Assembly (NCBI GenBank): GCA_934635045.1
Contig: CAKTZA010000001.1
Span: 18,640-82,639 of the forward strand
Length of the DNA: 64,000 nucleotides
Reading direction: 5' to 3'
Source of the DNA: an uncultured Kiritimatiellota bacterium
GTDB taxonomy: Bacteria > Verrucomicrobiota > Kiritimatiellia > RFP12 > UBA1067
Part shown: piece by piece, positions 35,590-43,915 of the stretch
How positions within the stretch are numbered: position 1 is the first letter of the stretch
How the letters are laid out: every line of letters starts with the position of its first letter
Program-made: the position numbers and the translations under genes
Notes under the pieces: generated by a model
Told to the model about the DNA's origin: nothing
Database searches by the model: none
The model's input: the letters and a program-made list of their open reading frames with translations, nothing else

Positions 35590-36801
35590 ATGGCAGAAGA
35601 CGTCAAAGGCTACATTCAGGGCTTGGCCGCGCGCGCGCGTGCGGCGGCGGGTGCGCTCGTGCAACGCACGGCCGACGAGAAGAATGCCGCGCTGCTGAAG
35701 GTTGCGGACGCGCTGGAGGCGCAGCGCGCGGCGATTGTGGCGGCCAATGCGTCCGACGTCGCGCAGGCGAAGGCGACGGGCCTTGCGCCCGCGCTCGTCG
35801 ACCGCCTGACGCTGACGGACGCGCGGTTCGCCGCGATGGTCGAAGGGGTGCGCGCCGTCGCGCGGCTCGCGGATCCCGTCGGCGAGACGATCGAGACGCG
35901 GGAACGTCCGAGCGGCATCACGATCCGCAAGGTGCGCGTGCCGTTCGGCGTCGTGGCTGTCGTCTTCGAGAGCCGTCCGAACGTCTTCGTCGACACGGCG
36001 GCCCTGTGCCTCAAGACCGGCAACGCAGTCGTTTTGCGCGGCGGCAAGGAGGCGTTCGCGACGAACCGCGCGCTCGCGGCGGCGGTGAAGGAGGGACTGG
36101 GCGATCTGGCGGAGGCCGTGCAGTTCGTGGACGTCCTCGACCACGCGGCGGTCACGGAGCTCGTGCGGGCCGTGGGGCTGGTCGATGTCGCCATTCCGCG
36201 CGGCGGCGAGCGGCTGATCCGCGCGATGTGCGAGGCGGCGCTCGTGCCCGTGCTGAAGCACTACAAGGGCGTCTGCCACATCTACGTGGACGACAAGGCC
36301 GACCTCGCGATGGCGCTCGCGATTCTCGACAACGCGAAAGTCCAGCGTCCCGGCGTCTGCAACGCGGCGGAGTGCCTGCTCGTCCACGAGAGGCTCGCGC
36401 CGCTCTTCCTGCCGATGGTGCGGGCGTGGGCGGCGGACAAGGGCGTGACGTTGCACGAGTCCGGGCAGGACTGGGAACGCGAGTTCCTGGCGCTGGAGAT
36501 GAACGTCGGCGTCGTGAAGGACGTGCGCGGGGCGATTGACCACATCAACCGCTACGGCTCGCATCACTCCGACTGCATCGTGACGAACGACGCGGCGCGG
36601 GCGCAGGAGTTCCTGCGCGATGTCGATTCGGCGTGTGTCTACCACAACGTCTCGACGCGCTTCACGGACGGCGGCGAGTTCGGCATGGGCGCGGAGATCG
36701 GCATCTCGACGGACAAGCTGCACGCGCGCGGCCCGATGGGGCTGACGGAACTGACGACCTACAAGTACGAAATTAGCGGCGACGGGATTGTCAGGAAGTA
36801 A
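35590..36801 (+). CDS. proA: Gamma-glutamyl phosphate reductase
   Basis: 403 aa. 'VQRPGVCNAAECLLVHE' (catalytic Cys), 'GSHHSDCIVT', 'STRFTDGGEFGMGAEIGIST'. GGGAGG lies before the ATG. Confidence 0.92.
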   Translation: MAEDVKGYIQGLAARARAAAGALVQRTADEKNAALLKVADALEAQRAAIVAANASDVAQAKATGLAPALVDRLTLTDARFAAMVEGVRAVARLADPVGETIETRERPSGITIRKVRVPFGVVAVVFESRPNVFVDTAALCLKTGNAVVLRGGKEAFATNRALAAAVKEGLGDLAEAVQFVDVLDHAAVTELVRAVGLVDVAIPRGGERLIRAMCEAALVPVLKHYKGVCHIYVDDKADLAMALAILDNAKVQRPGVCNAAECLLVHERLAPLFLPMVRAWAADKGVTLHESGQDWEREFLALEMNVGVVKDVRGAIDHINRYGSHHSDCIVTNDAARAQEFLRDVDSACVYHNVSTRFTDGGEFGMGAEIGISTDKLHARGPMGLTELTTYKYEISGDGIVRK

Positions 36802-36878
36802 GAAGTAAGAAGGAAAAAGGAAAAAGGAAGAAGGAAGAAGTGAGGAAGGAAAAAGTGAGGAAGGAAAGCGTGAGGAGG
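36793..36878 (+). repeat. 86-nt polypurine tract with 15-nt tandem units GTGAGGAAGGAAA(AA/GC)
   Basis: Only 6 pyrimidines in 86 nt by my count. GTGAGGAAGGAAA occurs at 36840 and 36855, and GTGAGGAGG at 36870. The tract spans the proA stop and the OMP start. Confidence 0.9.
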
Positions 36879-37376
36879 TTTTCGGTTTTTCTCGCGTCCC
36901 TCGTGTCGCTTCTGTCCGTTGCCGACGCGCGCGCCGAATCGGGCATTGACGCGGCCTACGTCGGCGCGGCGGGCGCGCTGACATTGCCGCAGGGCGGGTC
37001 GCAGCTACGGCGTCTCGGCGGCGCGGCGGTGCGCGGCGGTGCGTACCTCTCGGACTTCTGGGCGGTCGAAGCTGACCTCGCGTGGCAGGAGAACGCGGCG
37101 GGGTTCGGCGTGGATACGCTTGTGCATGTGCAGGAGTGGTCTGTCTACGGCGACCTCTTCGGCTATTCGGCGTTCGATCCGTTCGTCACGGTCGGCGCGC
37201 GTGGGTGGCTCGGCGACCACGGCGTCGGACAGGTCGGGCCGCAGATTGGCCTCGGCGCGTTCTATCATTTGGACGACCACTGGTCGCTCCGCGCCGACGC
37301 GACCGCGACGCTGGGGGTAGATACCGATGTCGAGGTCGTCTACTCGCTTGCGGTCGGCGTACAGTACGGGTTCTGA
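36840..37376 (+). CDS. Small outer-membrane beta-barrel protein (OmpA-like TM / OmpW-size class)
   Basis: Signal peptide 'FSVFLASLVSLLSVADARA', alternating beta-strand pattern, and a C-terminal '...SLAVGVQYGF'. The start is one of three GTGs (36840, 36855, 36870) inside a polypurine repeat. Confidence 0.7.
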   Translation: MRKEKVRKESVRRFSVFLASLVSLLSVADARAESGIDAAYVGAAGALTLPQGGSQLRRLGGAAVRGGAYLSDFWAVEADLAWQENAAGFGVDTLVHVQEWSVYGDLFGYSAFDPFVTVGARGWLGDHGVGQVGPQIGLGAFYHLDDHWSLRADATATLGVDTDVEVVYSLAVGVQYGF

Positions 37377-37387
37377 CGTCTGTATTT

Positions 37388-38509
37388 TCAGTTTTTGACT
37401 TCCTTTCCAAACCGTACCTTGCCCTTGCCGTAACCCCGTGCGGTCACGACGACACCGTTTTCACGCATCAGCGAAATCAAGTTGCGTGCGGCGCGATCCT
37501 TGAGGCCGACCGTTTCCACAACCTGCGCGGGGCCGAAGACCTCGTCAGCCGAGCCAAACTTCTGCCAAAGCAGCGAAATATGCCGTTTGGTCGGCACTTG
37601 AACCGGCAGTTTTTCGATGTCAATCGGCAGTTTCTCGCTTCCGAGAGGTTGTTTTCGATGCAACTCGGACACCGCATCGGCAGTTTTCGAGCCATACTCG
37701 AAGCCAATCCGCAAAAACCGATTCTTCAGCTCAATGTCCGCGCCCAGCAAAAGCACCTTGAAGAACTCTTCCAAATAGGCCGTGGTCTTCACGACATCCA
37801 GTCGCGTATTCTCATAATTGGCCCGCACCAACGAATTGCGGAAGTACCACGACTTCGTGGCAAAGAGGTCGTTGGTGACGTCAAAGCCCTTGGACTGAAG
37901 ATACTTGATCGCCAGCAGCGCCGTCGTGCGGGTGTTGCCTTCACGAAACGGATGTATCTGCCAAATGGTCGCAATGAACGCGGAGAAATGCGCGATGAAC
38001 GCGTCTTCCGAGAGGCCCTTGTAGACAAAATGGCGTTCCCGATTGAACTCAGCCTCAAGTTGCGTACGGATCATGAACGAGGGCGCATACGCGACGGTAT
38101 CGCCGTTCAGCACGCCTTCCCTCTTCGTCAGCTCGACTTCACGAATCTTCCCGGCATGCAGAAAGATGCCGTCGAAAATGCGTCCATGCAGCGCAATGTA
38201 GTATTCGGGAGAGAAGACAAACGACGGCGAGTTGATGACGGCAATCATCCGAGCGGCTACCTTGTCCGCCTCCTGGGTATCGCGCGGCAGGTCATGACCA
38301 TCCTTTGTCTCATAATACTCGTCGACAAGCCGCCGCGCTTCCTCCTGCGTGATTTCTCCTTCGATGTGACGTCGCGCCGTCTCATAAAGATGCTTTGACG
38401 GCTTAAGCCCATCGACGTCCTGCAAGCCGATTGCCGTAGCCCAGGCGTACGCGCGTTCGCGTCTGCCCGGCTCGCCCGCCTCGTCATAATACTGATCAAA
38501 CGCGCTCAT
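37388..38509 (-). CDS. Fic/Fido-domain protein with a non-canonical active-site motif and a C-terminal wHTH-like tail
   Basis: 'IHPFREGNTRTTALL' compared with the canonical HxFx(D/E)GNGRxxR. The N-terminal 'AIGLQDVDGLKPSKHLYETARRHIEGEITQEEARRLV' is VbhA-like. The gene has visibly lower GC and its own TGCTATAAT promoter. Confidence 0.85.
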   Translation of the reverse strand: MSAFDQYYDEAGEPGRRERAYAWATAIGLQDVDGLKPSKHLYETARRHIEGEITQEEARRLVDEYYETKDGHDLPRDTQEADKVAARMIAVINSPSFVFSPEYYIALHGRIFDGIFLHAGKIREVELTKREGVLNGDTVAYAPSFMIRTQLEAEFNRERHFVYKGLSEDAFIAHFSAFIATIWQIHPFREGNTRTTALLAIKYLQSKGFDVTNDLFATKSWYFRNSLVRANYENTRLDVVKTTAYLEEFFKVLLLGADIELKNRFLRIGFEYGSKTADAVSELHRKQPLGSEKLPIDIEKLPVQVPTKRHISLLWQKFGSADEVFGPAQVVETVGLKDRAARNLISLMRENGVVVTARGYGKGKVRFGKEVKN

Positions 38510-38558
38510 CCAAGCGAGGCAAATCCAATCTCGATACAGTCATTCATGCTGGACTTGG

Positions 38559-38567
38559 ATTATAGCA
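38559..38567 (-). promoter_or_regulatory. Extended -10 promoter element (Fic gene)
   Basis: The - strand reads TGCTATAAT, 49 nt before ATG 38509. Confidence 0.5.
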
Positions 38568-38670
38568 TATTCCCTGCGCGCCGTGCAAACGCTGGCCCAA
38601 CCCTGCCACTCGAACCCTACCAAGAGGGTCTGCCCCCTTTTCCCCCAGAGGTAGGATCGCCGAAGCCCCT

Positions 38671-39678
38671 TCACGCGACAAACAGCCGCTTCATCTCGGC
38701 GAGGCGTGACTTGTCCGCGACGAGGACGGCGTCCGGCGTCGTGACGACGACGAGGTTCTTCACGCCGAGCAGCGAAATGCGCGCCGCACGCGCGATGCAG
38801 ATGTTGCCGTCCGCCTCGACGACCGTGCAGGGCCCTTCGCGCACGTTGCCGCGCGTGTCGTGCGGGAAGTAGCGGTCGAACGCGCCGTAGCTGCCGACGT
38901 CGTCCCAACCGCAGTCCGCCGCGACGACCTCGACACGCGGCAGCTTCTCCATCACGGCGAAGTCGAAGGAGATGCGCGGCAAGGCCGCGTAAAGCTTCGC
39001 GAGGGCCGCGCACGTGAGCTTGGGCGCGCCGGTCGCAGACGCGAGCGGCGCAAGGGCGGGCGCATGCGCCGCAAACGCCGCGCGGAACGTCTCCGCACGG
39101 GCGATGAACATGCCCGCATTCCAGAGATAGCCCTTCTTGAGGTAGGCGCGCGCCCGCGTCTCGTCCGGCTTCTCGACGAACCGGCCGGACGCCGGATCGA
39201 CGTAGCCGAAGCCCGTCGCCGGGTATTCGGGGCGGATACCGAGCGTGACGATTGCCGCGCGCCTCTGCGCACGCGCCACCGCCGTCTTGACGGCCCGCGC
39301 GAACGCCTTGGGCTTCGTCACCATCTGGTCGGCCGGAAAGAAGCCGATGACGGGATCCGCGCCGCGTCCCGCGACGCCGACGCCGAGCGCCACCGCCGCG
39401 CCCGTGTCGCGGCGCATCGGCTCGCCGAGGACGTTTTCCCTCGGGATCTCCGGCAGCTCGCGCCGCGTCGCGGCGACGAGCGCCCTGGACGTGACGACGA
39501 AGACGTCTTCGGGGCGCACGAGGCCGCCGAGGCGCGCGACGCTCTGGCGGATCAGGCTCTCGCCGCCGAACACGCGCAGGAACTGCTTGGGCTTCTCCGG
39601 CGTCGAGAGCGGCCAGAACCGCTCGCCCGACCCGCCCGCGAGGATGACGGCCCTGAAACGAGACGCGCTTCCCGTCAT
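38671..39678 (-). CDS. Mannose-1-phosphate guanylyltransferase-type sugar nucleotidyltransferase
   Basis: 'AVILAGGSGERFWPLSTPEKPKQF' (GxGxRxxPLx5PK). Its ATG overlaps the upstream stop by 4 nt. Confidence 0.85.
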   Translation of the reverse strand: MTGSASRFRAVILAGGSGERFWPLSTPEKPKQFLRVFGGESLIRQSVARLGGLVRPEDVFVVTSRALVAATRRELPEIPRENVLGEPMRRDTGAAVALGVGVAGRGADPVIGFFPADQMVTKPKAFARAVKTAVARAQRRAAIVTLGIRPEYPATGFGYVDPASGRFVEKPDETRARAYLKKGYLWNAGMFIARAETFRAAFAAHAPALAPLASATGAPKLTCAALAKLYAALPRISFDFAVMEKLPRVEVVAADCGWDDVGSYGAFDRYFPHDTRGNVREGPCTVVEADGNICIARAARISLLGVKNLVVVTTPDAVLVADKSRLAEMKRLFVA

Positions 39679-40664
39679 TTCCCCTTCCCTCCGCCGAAAC
39701 GGCCCTTGGACAGCGCGGCGCCCGCCAGGAGCAGCGCGAGCCCCGGCACGAGGAAGACCTGATAACGCTCGGCGGCGCGCTCCGCCTCCTCGTTCTGCTC
39801 CTTCGCGGCGACCTGCCGCAGGAACCGCTGGTAGATCGACCCCAGCGTCGTCTCGGCCGTGCCCGCCGTCGCCAGGTCCACATACCGGCCATTCGACGCC
39901 TCGGCAATCGCCTTGAGGGCCACCCTCTCCAGCTTCACCTTCACGACCTCGCCCTTGTAGGTGAGGTTGCCGCGTCCGTCTTCGGACGGAATCGGCGCGC
40001 CGACGCGCGGATCGCCGAGGCCGACGGTGAAAATCGGGATGCCGCGCTTCTTCGCCAGTTCGGCGTTCGCCAACGCCTCGCCGCGCAGGTCGCCGCCGTC
40101 GGAAATCATGATGATCGCGTTATGGTCGTCCGCCGCCGGATCCAGCGCGTCGAGAGACGCGCGAATCGCGCTGCCGAGATCCGTCTCGCCGCGCGGCGCG
40201 GACTCGATCGTCATCTGCTCCAGCGCGCTCCGCAGGTACGCGCGGTCGGTCGTGAGCGGACAGATCTGCACGCCTGTCCGCCGGAACGCGACGAGCGCAC
40301 ACCGGTCGCCCGCCAGCGAGTCGATGAGGTCGGCGACGTCGGCCTTCGCGCGCTCCAGGCGGTTCGGGCGCACGTCCGCCGCGAGCATCGAGCGCGAGAC
40401 GTCGATCGCGATGACGACGTTGCGGGAGCGCTCGACGGCCTTCTCCGTCACCTTGCCCCACTGCGGACGCGCGGCGGCCAGCAGCACGAGCGCGAGCCCC
40501 GCGAGGACGAGCGCCATCTGCACGCCCGCCGCCGGGGACTTCGGCACGGACAGCGTGATCTTCGCCAGGGCCTTCTCGCGCCGCGCGCGCAGGAACGCCC
40601 ACCACAGCCCCACGAACGGAACGAGGGCGACGAGGACGAGGAAAAGCGGATTGACAAAGCGCAT
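39675..40664 (-). CDS. VWA-domain membrane protein (BatA/BatB-like)
   Basis: 'MRFVNPLFLVLVALVPF' N-terminus. MIDAS 'VIAIDVSRSM'. 'IIMISDGGD'. C-terminal TM. Start ATG 40664 lies 7 nt after TGGTATAAT. Confidence 0.85.
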   Translation of the reverse strand: MRFVNPLFLVLVALVPFVGLWWAFLRARREKALAKITLSVPKSPAAGVQMALVLAGLALVLLAAARPQWGKVTEKAVERSRNVVIAIDVSRSMLAADVRPNRLERAKADVADLIDSLAGDRCALVAFRRTGVQICPLTTDRAYLRSALEQMTIESAPRGETDLGSAIRASLDALDPAADDHNAIIMISDGGDLRGEALANAELAKKRGIPIFTVGLGDPRVGAPIPSEDGRGNLTYKGEVVKVKLERVALKAIAEASNGRYVDLATAGTAETTLGSIYQRFLRQVAAKEQNEEAERAAERYQVFLVPGLALLLAGAALSKGRFGGGKGK

Positions 40665-40671
40665 GGTCGGC

Positions 40672-40680
40672 ATTATACCA
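40672..40680 (-). promoter_or_regulatory. Extended -10 promoter element
   Basis: The - strand reads TGGTATAAT, 7 nt before ATG 40664 (VWA gene). Confidence 0.55.
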
Positions 40681-40819
40681 CAATCCGCGCCCCCCGTGGC
40701 AAACCGCAAGCAAGGAATGAGAAGATGATCTGTTGCCCGTCGGCTCCTCCGGGCCACGGGCGGCGTACGCCGCGCAGAGAGCGGATCATACTGAACCCTG
40801 CCACGTCATGCACAGGCGG

Positions 40820-41749
40820 TCAGAGGACAGCGAGGGCAAGGGCGATGACGGGCGGGAGGGTGAGCACGCTCAAGACCGTCGAGCCGCAGACAACGGCGAC
40901 GGAGGTGTCGACGTCACGTCCGAACTTGACCGCGAACATCGAGACCATCGCCGCGACCGGCGCGGCCGCAGCGATCACGATCGCCAGCATCATCTGCCGG
41001 TCAAGCAGGTTCCGAAGCGGATAGAGCGCCGCGACCATCAGGAGCGGATAGGCGACGAGCCGGAAGAACGTCGCGACATACGCCGCCGGGAGCCGCAGGA
41101 CGCGCCCCAGCCTCGCGCCCGCAAGCGAGTAGCCGATCACGACCATCGCCAGCGGCGTGTTCAGGTTCGCGACATGGCGGACGGACGCGCCGAGGAACGG
41201 CGGCAGGCGAACGGAGAAGAGGAACAGCGGCAGGCCGAGCGCGATGCCGACCGTGCCGGGATTCACCGCCATCTTCCAGCGCGCCGACGCAGTGCCGCCG
41301 TCCGCCATCACCCAAACGCCCCAACTCCACATGAAGAGGTTGAAGACGACAACATAGACGACGCCGTAGAAGACGCCCGTCTCGCCGAGGATCGCCTGCT
41401 CAAGCGGAATGCCCATAAAACCGGCGTTCGAGAAGACCGCCGCGAGCAGCAGGGGCTTGCGCGTGTCCGCCGCCGGATGGCGGACGACCTGCGCGGCCAG
41501 CGCCATCACGACGAGGTGCCCGGCGACGGCAATCAGGAACGCGAGGCCGAGGCCCGTCAGCATCGACGGGTCGAACGGCCGCTGAAAGCAGTCGATGATG
41601 AGGCAGGGCGTGACGACGAGGATGAGCAGGTTCACGAGGCCTTCGATCCCCCGCTCCTCCACCAGCTTTGCCTTGCGCAGGACGGCACCGACGCCCATGA
41701 GGACGAACAGCACCGCGACCTGCTCGGCGACGATCAGGAGATTGCGCAC
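40820..41749 (-). CDS. AEC-family (auxin efflux carrier-type) permease
   Basis: About 10 TM segments. 'AAVFSNAGFMGIPL', 'NTPLAMVVIGYSLA'. GTG 41749 is preceded by GGAGG and lies 13 nt after the upstream stop. The track ORF start overlaps the upstream gene. Confidence 0.8.
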   Translation of the reverse strand: MRNLLIVAEQVAVLFVLMGVGAVLRKAKLVEERGIEGLVNLLILVVTPCLIIDCFQRPFDPSMLTGLGLAFLIAVAGHLVVMALAAQVVRHPAADTRKPLLLAAVFSNAGFMGIPLEQAILGETGVFYGVVYVVVFNLFMWSWGVWVMADGGTASARWKMAVNPGTVGIALGLPLFLFSVRLPPFLGASVRHVANLNTPLAMVVIGYSLAGARLGRVLRLPAAYVATFFRLVAYPLLMVAALYPLRNLLDRQMMLAIVIAAAAPVAAMVSMFAVKFGRDVDTSVAVVCGSTVLSVLTLPPVIALALAVL

Positions 41750-41762
41750 CGCCGCCTCCGCC

Positions 41763-43046
41763 TCAGGCGTAGCGCGCGGCGAAGTCGCGCGCGACCTGCT
41801 CGTTCGTCTCGAAGCGGATCGCCTGCCAGCCGCACCGCCGCGCGCCGTCGCAGTTCGCCTCGACGTCGTCGATGAAGCAGAGCTCGTCCACGTGCAGGCC
41901 AATGCGCGCCTTCAGGAGGTCGTAGATGCGCTTCTGCGGCTTGAACATGCCCTCTTCGCCCGAAATGACGAGCGCATCCGCCAGCGCGATGAAGTCCGCG
42001 AAGACCTTCTTGAAGCGCGGCGCGAACGCGGGCGGCATGTTCGTGAGGATGCCGATCTTGAAGCCCTTCGCCTTCAGCGCCCTCATCCACGCAAGCGTCT
42101 GCTCGTTGCGGTAGCCCTCCAGGAAACTCGCCGTGTCCTCCTTGAGGATACGCGCCTTCGCCTCGTCCGTCAGCGCGACGTCCGCATCCGCCCAAATGAG
42201 GTCGTACATCTGCTCCAGCGTGATGAACCCACCATCCATCAGCCGCCGGTAGCGCGCGAAGCCGACTTCAAGGGCCCGCCAGTCGATGCCGAAGTCCGCC
42301 ACGCAGGCGCGGACGCGCTCCGGCATCGTGGTCTTCGTCATGACGCCGCCGAAGTCGAAGACGACAGCGCACACGGGCCGGACGCCGCAGATGCCGTAGG
42401 ACAGCCCTGACCGAACGAGCGCGTAGCGGCGCGAGCCGTCCGGATAGACGAGAATCGCCGCGCCATCGAGGAAGCGCGGCCAGTTCTTGCGCGAGAACGG
42501 CCCGTAGGCCCCGCGCGCGGAGAGGAACGCCGCGAGGTAGCAGTCATGCGTGACGGCGATGAACAGGCGACGGTTTCCGGCCTGCTCGAACAGCCACCGC
42601 TCGCAGGCGTCCGCCGCCGCGTGGATTTCCTTGAACCCCGGTATCCGGCCCTGCTCGAAATACGTGAAGCACGCCGTGAAGAACTCCATCGTATTGAAGG
42701 TCTTCAGCACCTCCAACGGGTCATCATAGAAAAAGGAATCGTTGCCGAGACAGCCGAACGTCGGAATCGCCGCGCCCGCAAGGCCCATGCCGACGGCAAG
42801 GCCGGCGGCCGTCTCGCGCGTCCGCGTGAGCGGACTCGAGCAGAACGCGACATCGTCCTTGAACTCCGCCAGCCGCTCGCCCAGGATCCGCGCCGTTCGC
42901 GCGCCTTCGCGCGTCAGGTGCAGCTCGTCGCCGAAGCTTGGGTCGTTCGGATCCATCTTCGGCCGCTCGGCGTGGCGCACCTGCAGGATGCAGCGCGCGC
43001 CCTTGCGGATCTCGTCCTTCAGCTCCTCGATCGTCAGTTCGTCCAT
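41763..43046 (-). CDS. Fusion of a histidine phosphatase (PGAM-type, RHAE motif) and a HAD-superfamily hydrolase
   Basis: N-terminal half: 'ILQVRHAERP...SSPLTRTRETA...IAVTHD'. C-terminal half: 'AVVFDFGGVM' (DxG motif I), 'ILTNMP', 'CFIDDVEAN'. Start at ATG 43046 (MDELTIEEL). Confidence 0.8.
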   Translation of the reverse strand: MDELTIEELKDEIRKGARCILQVRHAERPKMDPNDPSFGDELHLTREGARTARILGERLAEFKDDVAFCSSPLTRTRETAAGLAVGMGLAGAAIPTFGCLGNDSFFYDDPLEVLKTFNTMEFFTACFTYFEQGRIPGFKEIHAAADACERWLFEQAGNRRLFIAVTHDCYLAAFLSARGAYGPFSRKNWPRFLDGAAILVYPDGSRRYALVRSGLSYGICGVRPVCAVVFDFGGVMTKTTMPERVRACVADFGIDWRALEVGFARYRRLMDGGFITLEQMYDLIWADADVALTDEAKARILKEDTASFLEGYRNEQTLAWMRALKAKGFKIGILTNMPPAFAPRFKKVFADFIALADALVISGEEGMFKPQKRIYDLLKARIGLHVDELCFIDDVEANCDGARRCGWQAIRFETNEQVARDFAARYA

Positions 43047-43080
43047 CACTTCTGTCCCTTCGCCCCTCTCACAGGCCCGT

Positions 43081-43338
43081 TCACTCCCTCGACGGCAGCA
43101 TCCCGTCCGGCAAGGGCCGCGCCGCGATCTCCAGCAGGCGGTCCAGCTTCGCCTCGATGCGGTCCAGCTTTCGGTCGAGCGCCGAGAACCGGACGTCGGC
43201 ATGACCCTTGATCTCCTCCGCGCGCGCGTCGACGGCGGAGACGATCCGCGCGTGCGTCACGCCGCCGAAGCGCAGGTACAGCACCGCCGCGAGAATCGCC
43301 GCCAGCACGGCCAGCGCGACCGCCAGACGCGTCATCAT
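43081..43338 (-). CDS. Small membrane-anchored coiled-coil protein (85 aa)
   Basis: MMTRLAVALAVLAAILAAVLYL followed by the heptad-like 'RFSALDRKLDRIEAKLDRLLEI'. GGAGGAG lies 6 nt before the ATG, and TGGTATAAT about 60 nt upstream. Confidence 0.65.
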   Translation of the reverse strand: MMTRLAVALAVLAAILAAVLYLRFGGVTHARIVSAVDARAEEIKGHADVRFSALDRKLDRIEAKLDRLLEIAARPLPDGMLPSRE

Positions 43339-43399
43339 GGCGTGCTCCTCCCCTTCTTCCTCTTCATCATCGTCTCCTTGTTCGTCCCGTTTTCGGCGT

Positions 43400-43408
43400 A
43401 TTATACCA
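43400..43408 (-). promoter_or_regulatory. Extended -10 promoter element (small protein / phosphatase-HAD / AEC operon)
   Basis: The - strand reads TGGTATAAT, 61 nt before ATG 43338. Confidence 0.5.
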
Positions 43409-43449
43409 AATCGTCCGTCTATGCGTGACCGCGCGCGCAGAATGTCACA

Positions 43450-43915
43450 TTACGCGCGCGACGACGCGCGATTCGGCGCGGGTCGCCACGACTCACCATT
43501 CTTGTCCTGTCCGCGAATGCGCTCATAGCTCATGTTCTCGAGCGGACGCGTCTCGCGGCGCGCCGTGTAGAAGCTCGGCCACGTGCCCTTCTGGTTGAAA
43601 TACTGCTTCTGCGTGACGGGGTAGACGCCGATGTAGAAGTCGTTCGTCAGCGTGACGAGGCGCACCGGCCTCGACGCGGCGGTTGACGTCGCCCGCCATG
43701 TGCGTCAGGTGCTCCGATCCGATCGACACGCCGTTCGTCAGGATGTCGACCGTCACGATGGCGGGCGCGCCCTCCAGCTCGTAGCCGATCGTCACGCGCT
43801 TCGACTCCGCGTCCTGCGCGAACGTCACGCTTCCCTCCCGAATCGTCGGGCCAGCGCGGACTGCCCCCCCCCCCCCCCCTTCGTCTCGCGTGACAAGTGC
43901 TTTTCTCGTTGTCAT
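43450..43915 (-). pseudogene. Decayed FGE-sulfatase/SUMF1-family gene (frameshifted, 3'-truncated) carrying a G16 tract near its 5' end
   Basis: Frame A (43523..43915): 'KRVTIGYELEGAPAIVTVDILTNG'. Frame B (43450..43665): 'RLVTLTNDFYIGVYPVTQKQYFNQKGTWPSFY...PLENMSYERIRG', which is the first ~70 aa of an FGE-type domain followed by a stop. AAGGAG-n7-ATG at 43915. No signal peptide. Confidence 0.75.
43864..43879. repeat. Homopolymer C16 (G16 on the coding - strand)
   Basis: Counted directly: 7 C (43864-43870) plus 9 C (43871-43879). Translated as GGGGG at codons 13-17 of the remnant gene. Confidence 0.95.

Noticed and set aside
38581-38670. A tRNA-like GGTTCGAGT string and G/C-run mirror repeats (CTGCCCCCTTTTCCCCCAG) upstream of the Fic gene, considered as a possible att site or tRNA remnant.
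   Set aside because: No complementary T-stem, acceptor stem or anticodon arm can be drawn. The mirror repeat is not an inverted repeat. There is no matching repeat on the other side of the Fic gene.
43335-43370. An 11-codon upstream ORF (MMKRKKGRSTP*) with AAGGAG-n4-ATG, overlapping the start of the 85-aa gene by ATGA.
   Set aside because: It could be a leader peptide. But it is tiny, lies in a purine-rich stretch that generates SD-like strings by chance, and has no supporting conservation data.
43450-43915. Whether the FGE-sulfatase/C-type-lectin-fold remnant (and the partial paralogue at 1-192) is a diversity-generating retroelement target.
   Set aside because: There is no reverse transcriptase and no template/variable repeat pair with A-specific mismatches anywhere in the window. 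The C-terminal region where a VR would lie is deleted.
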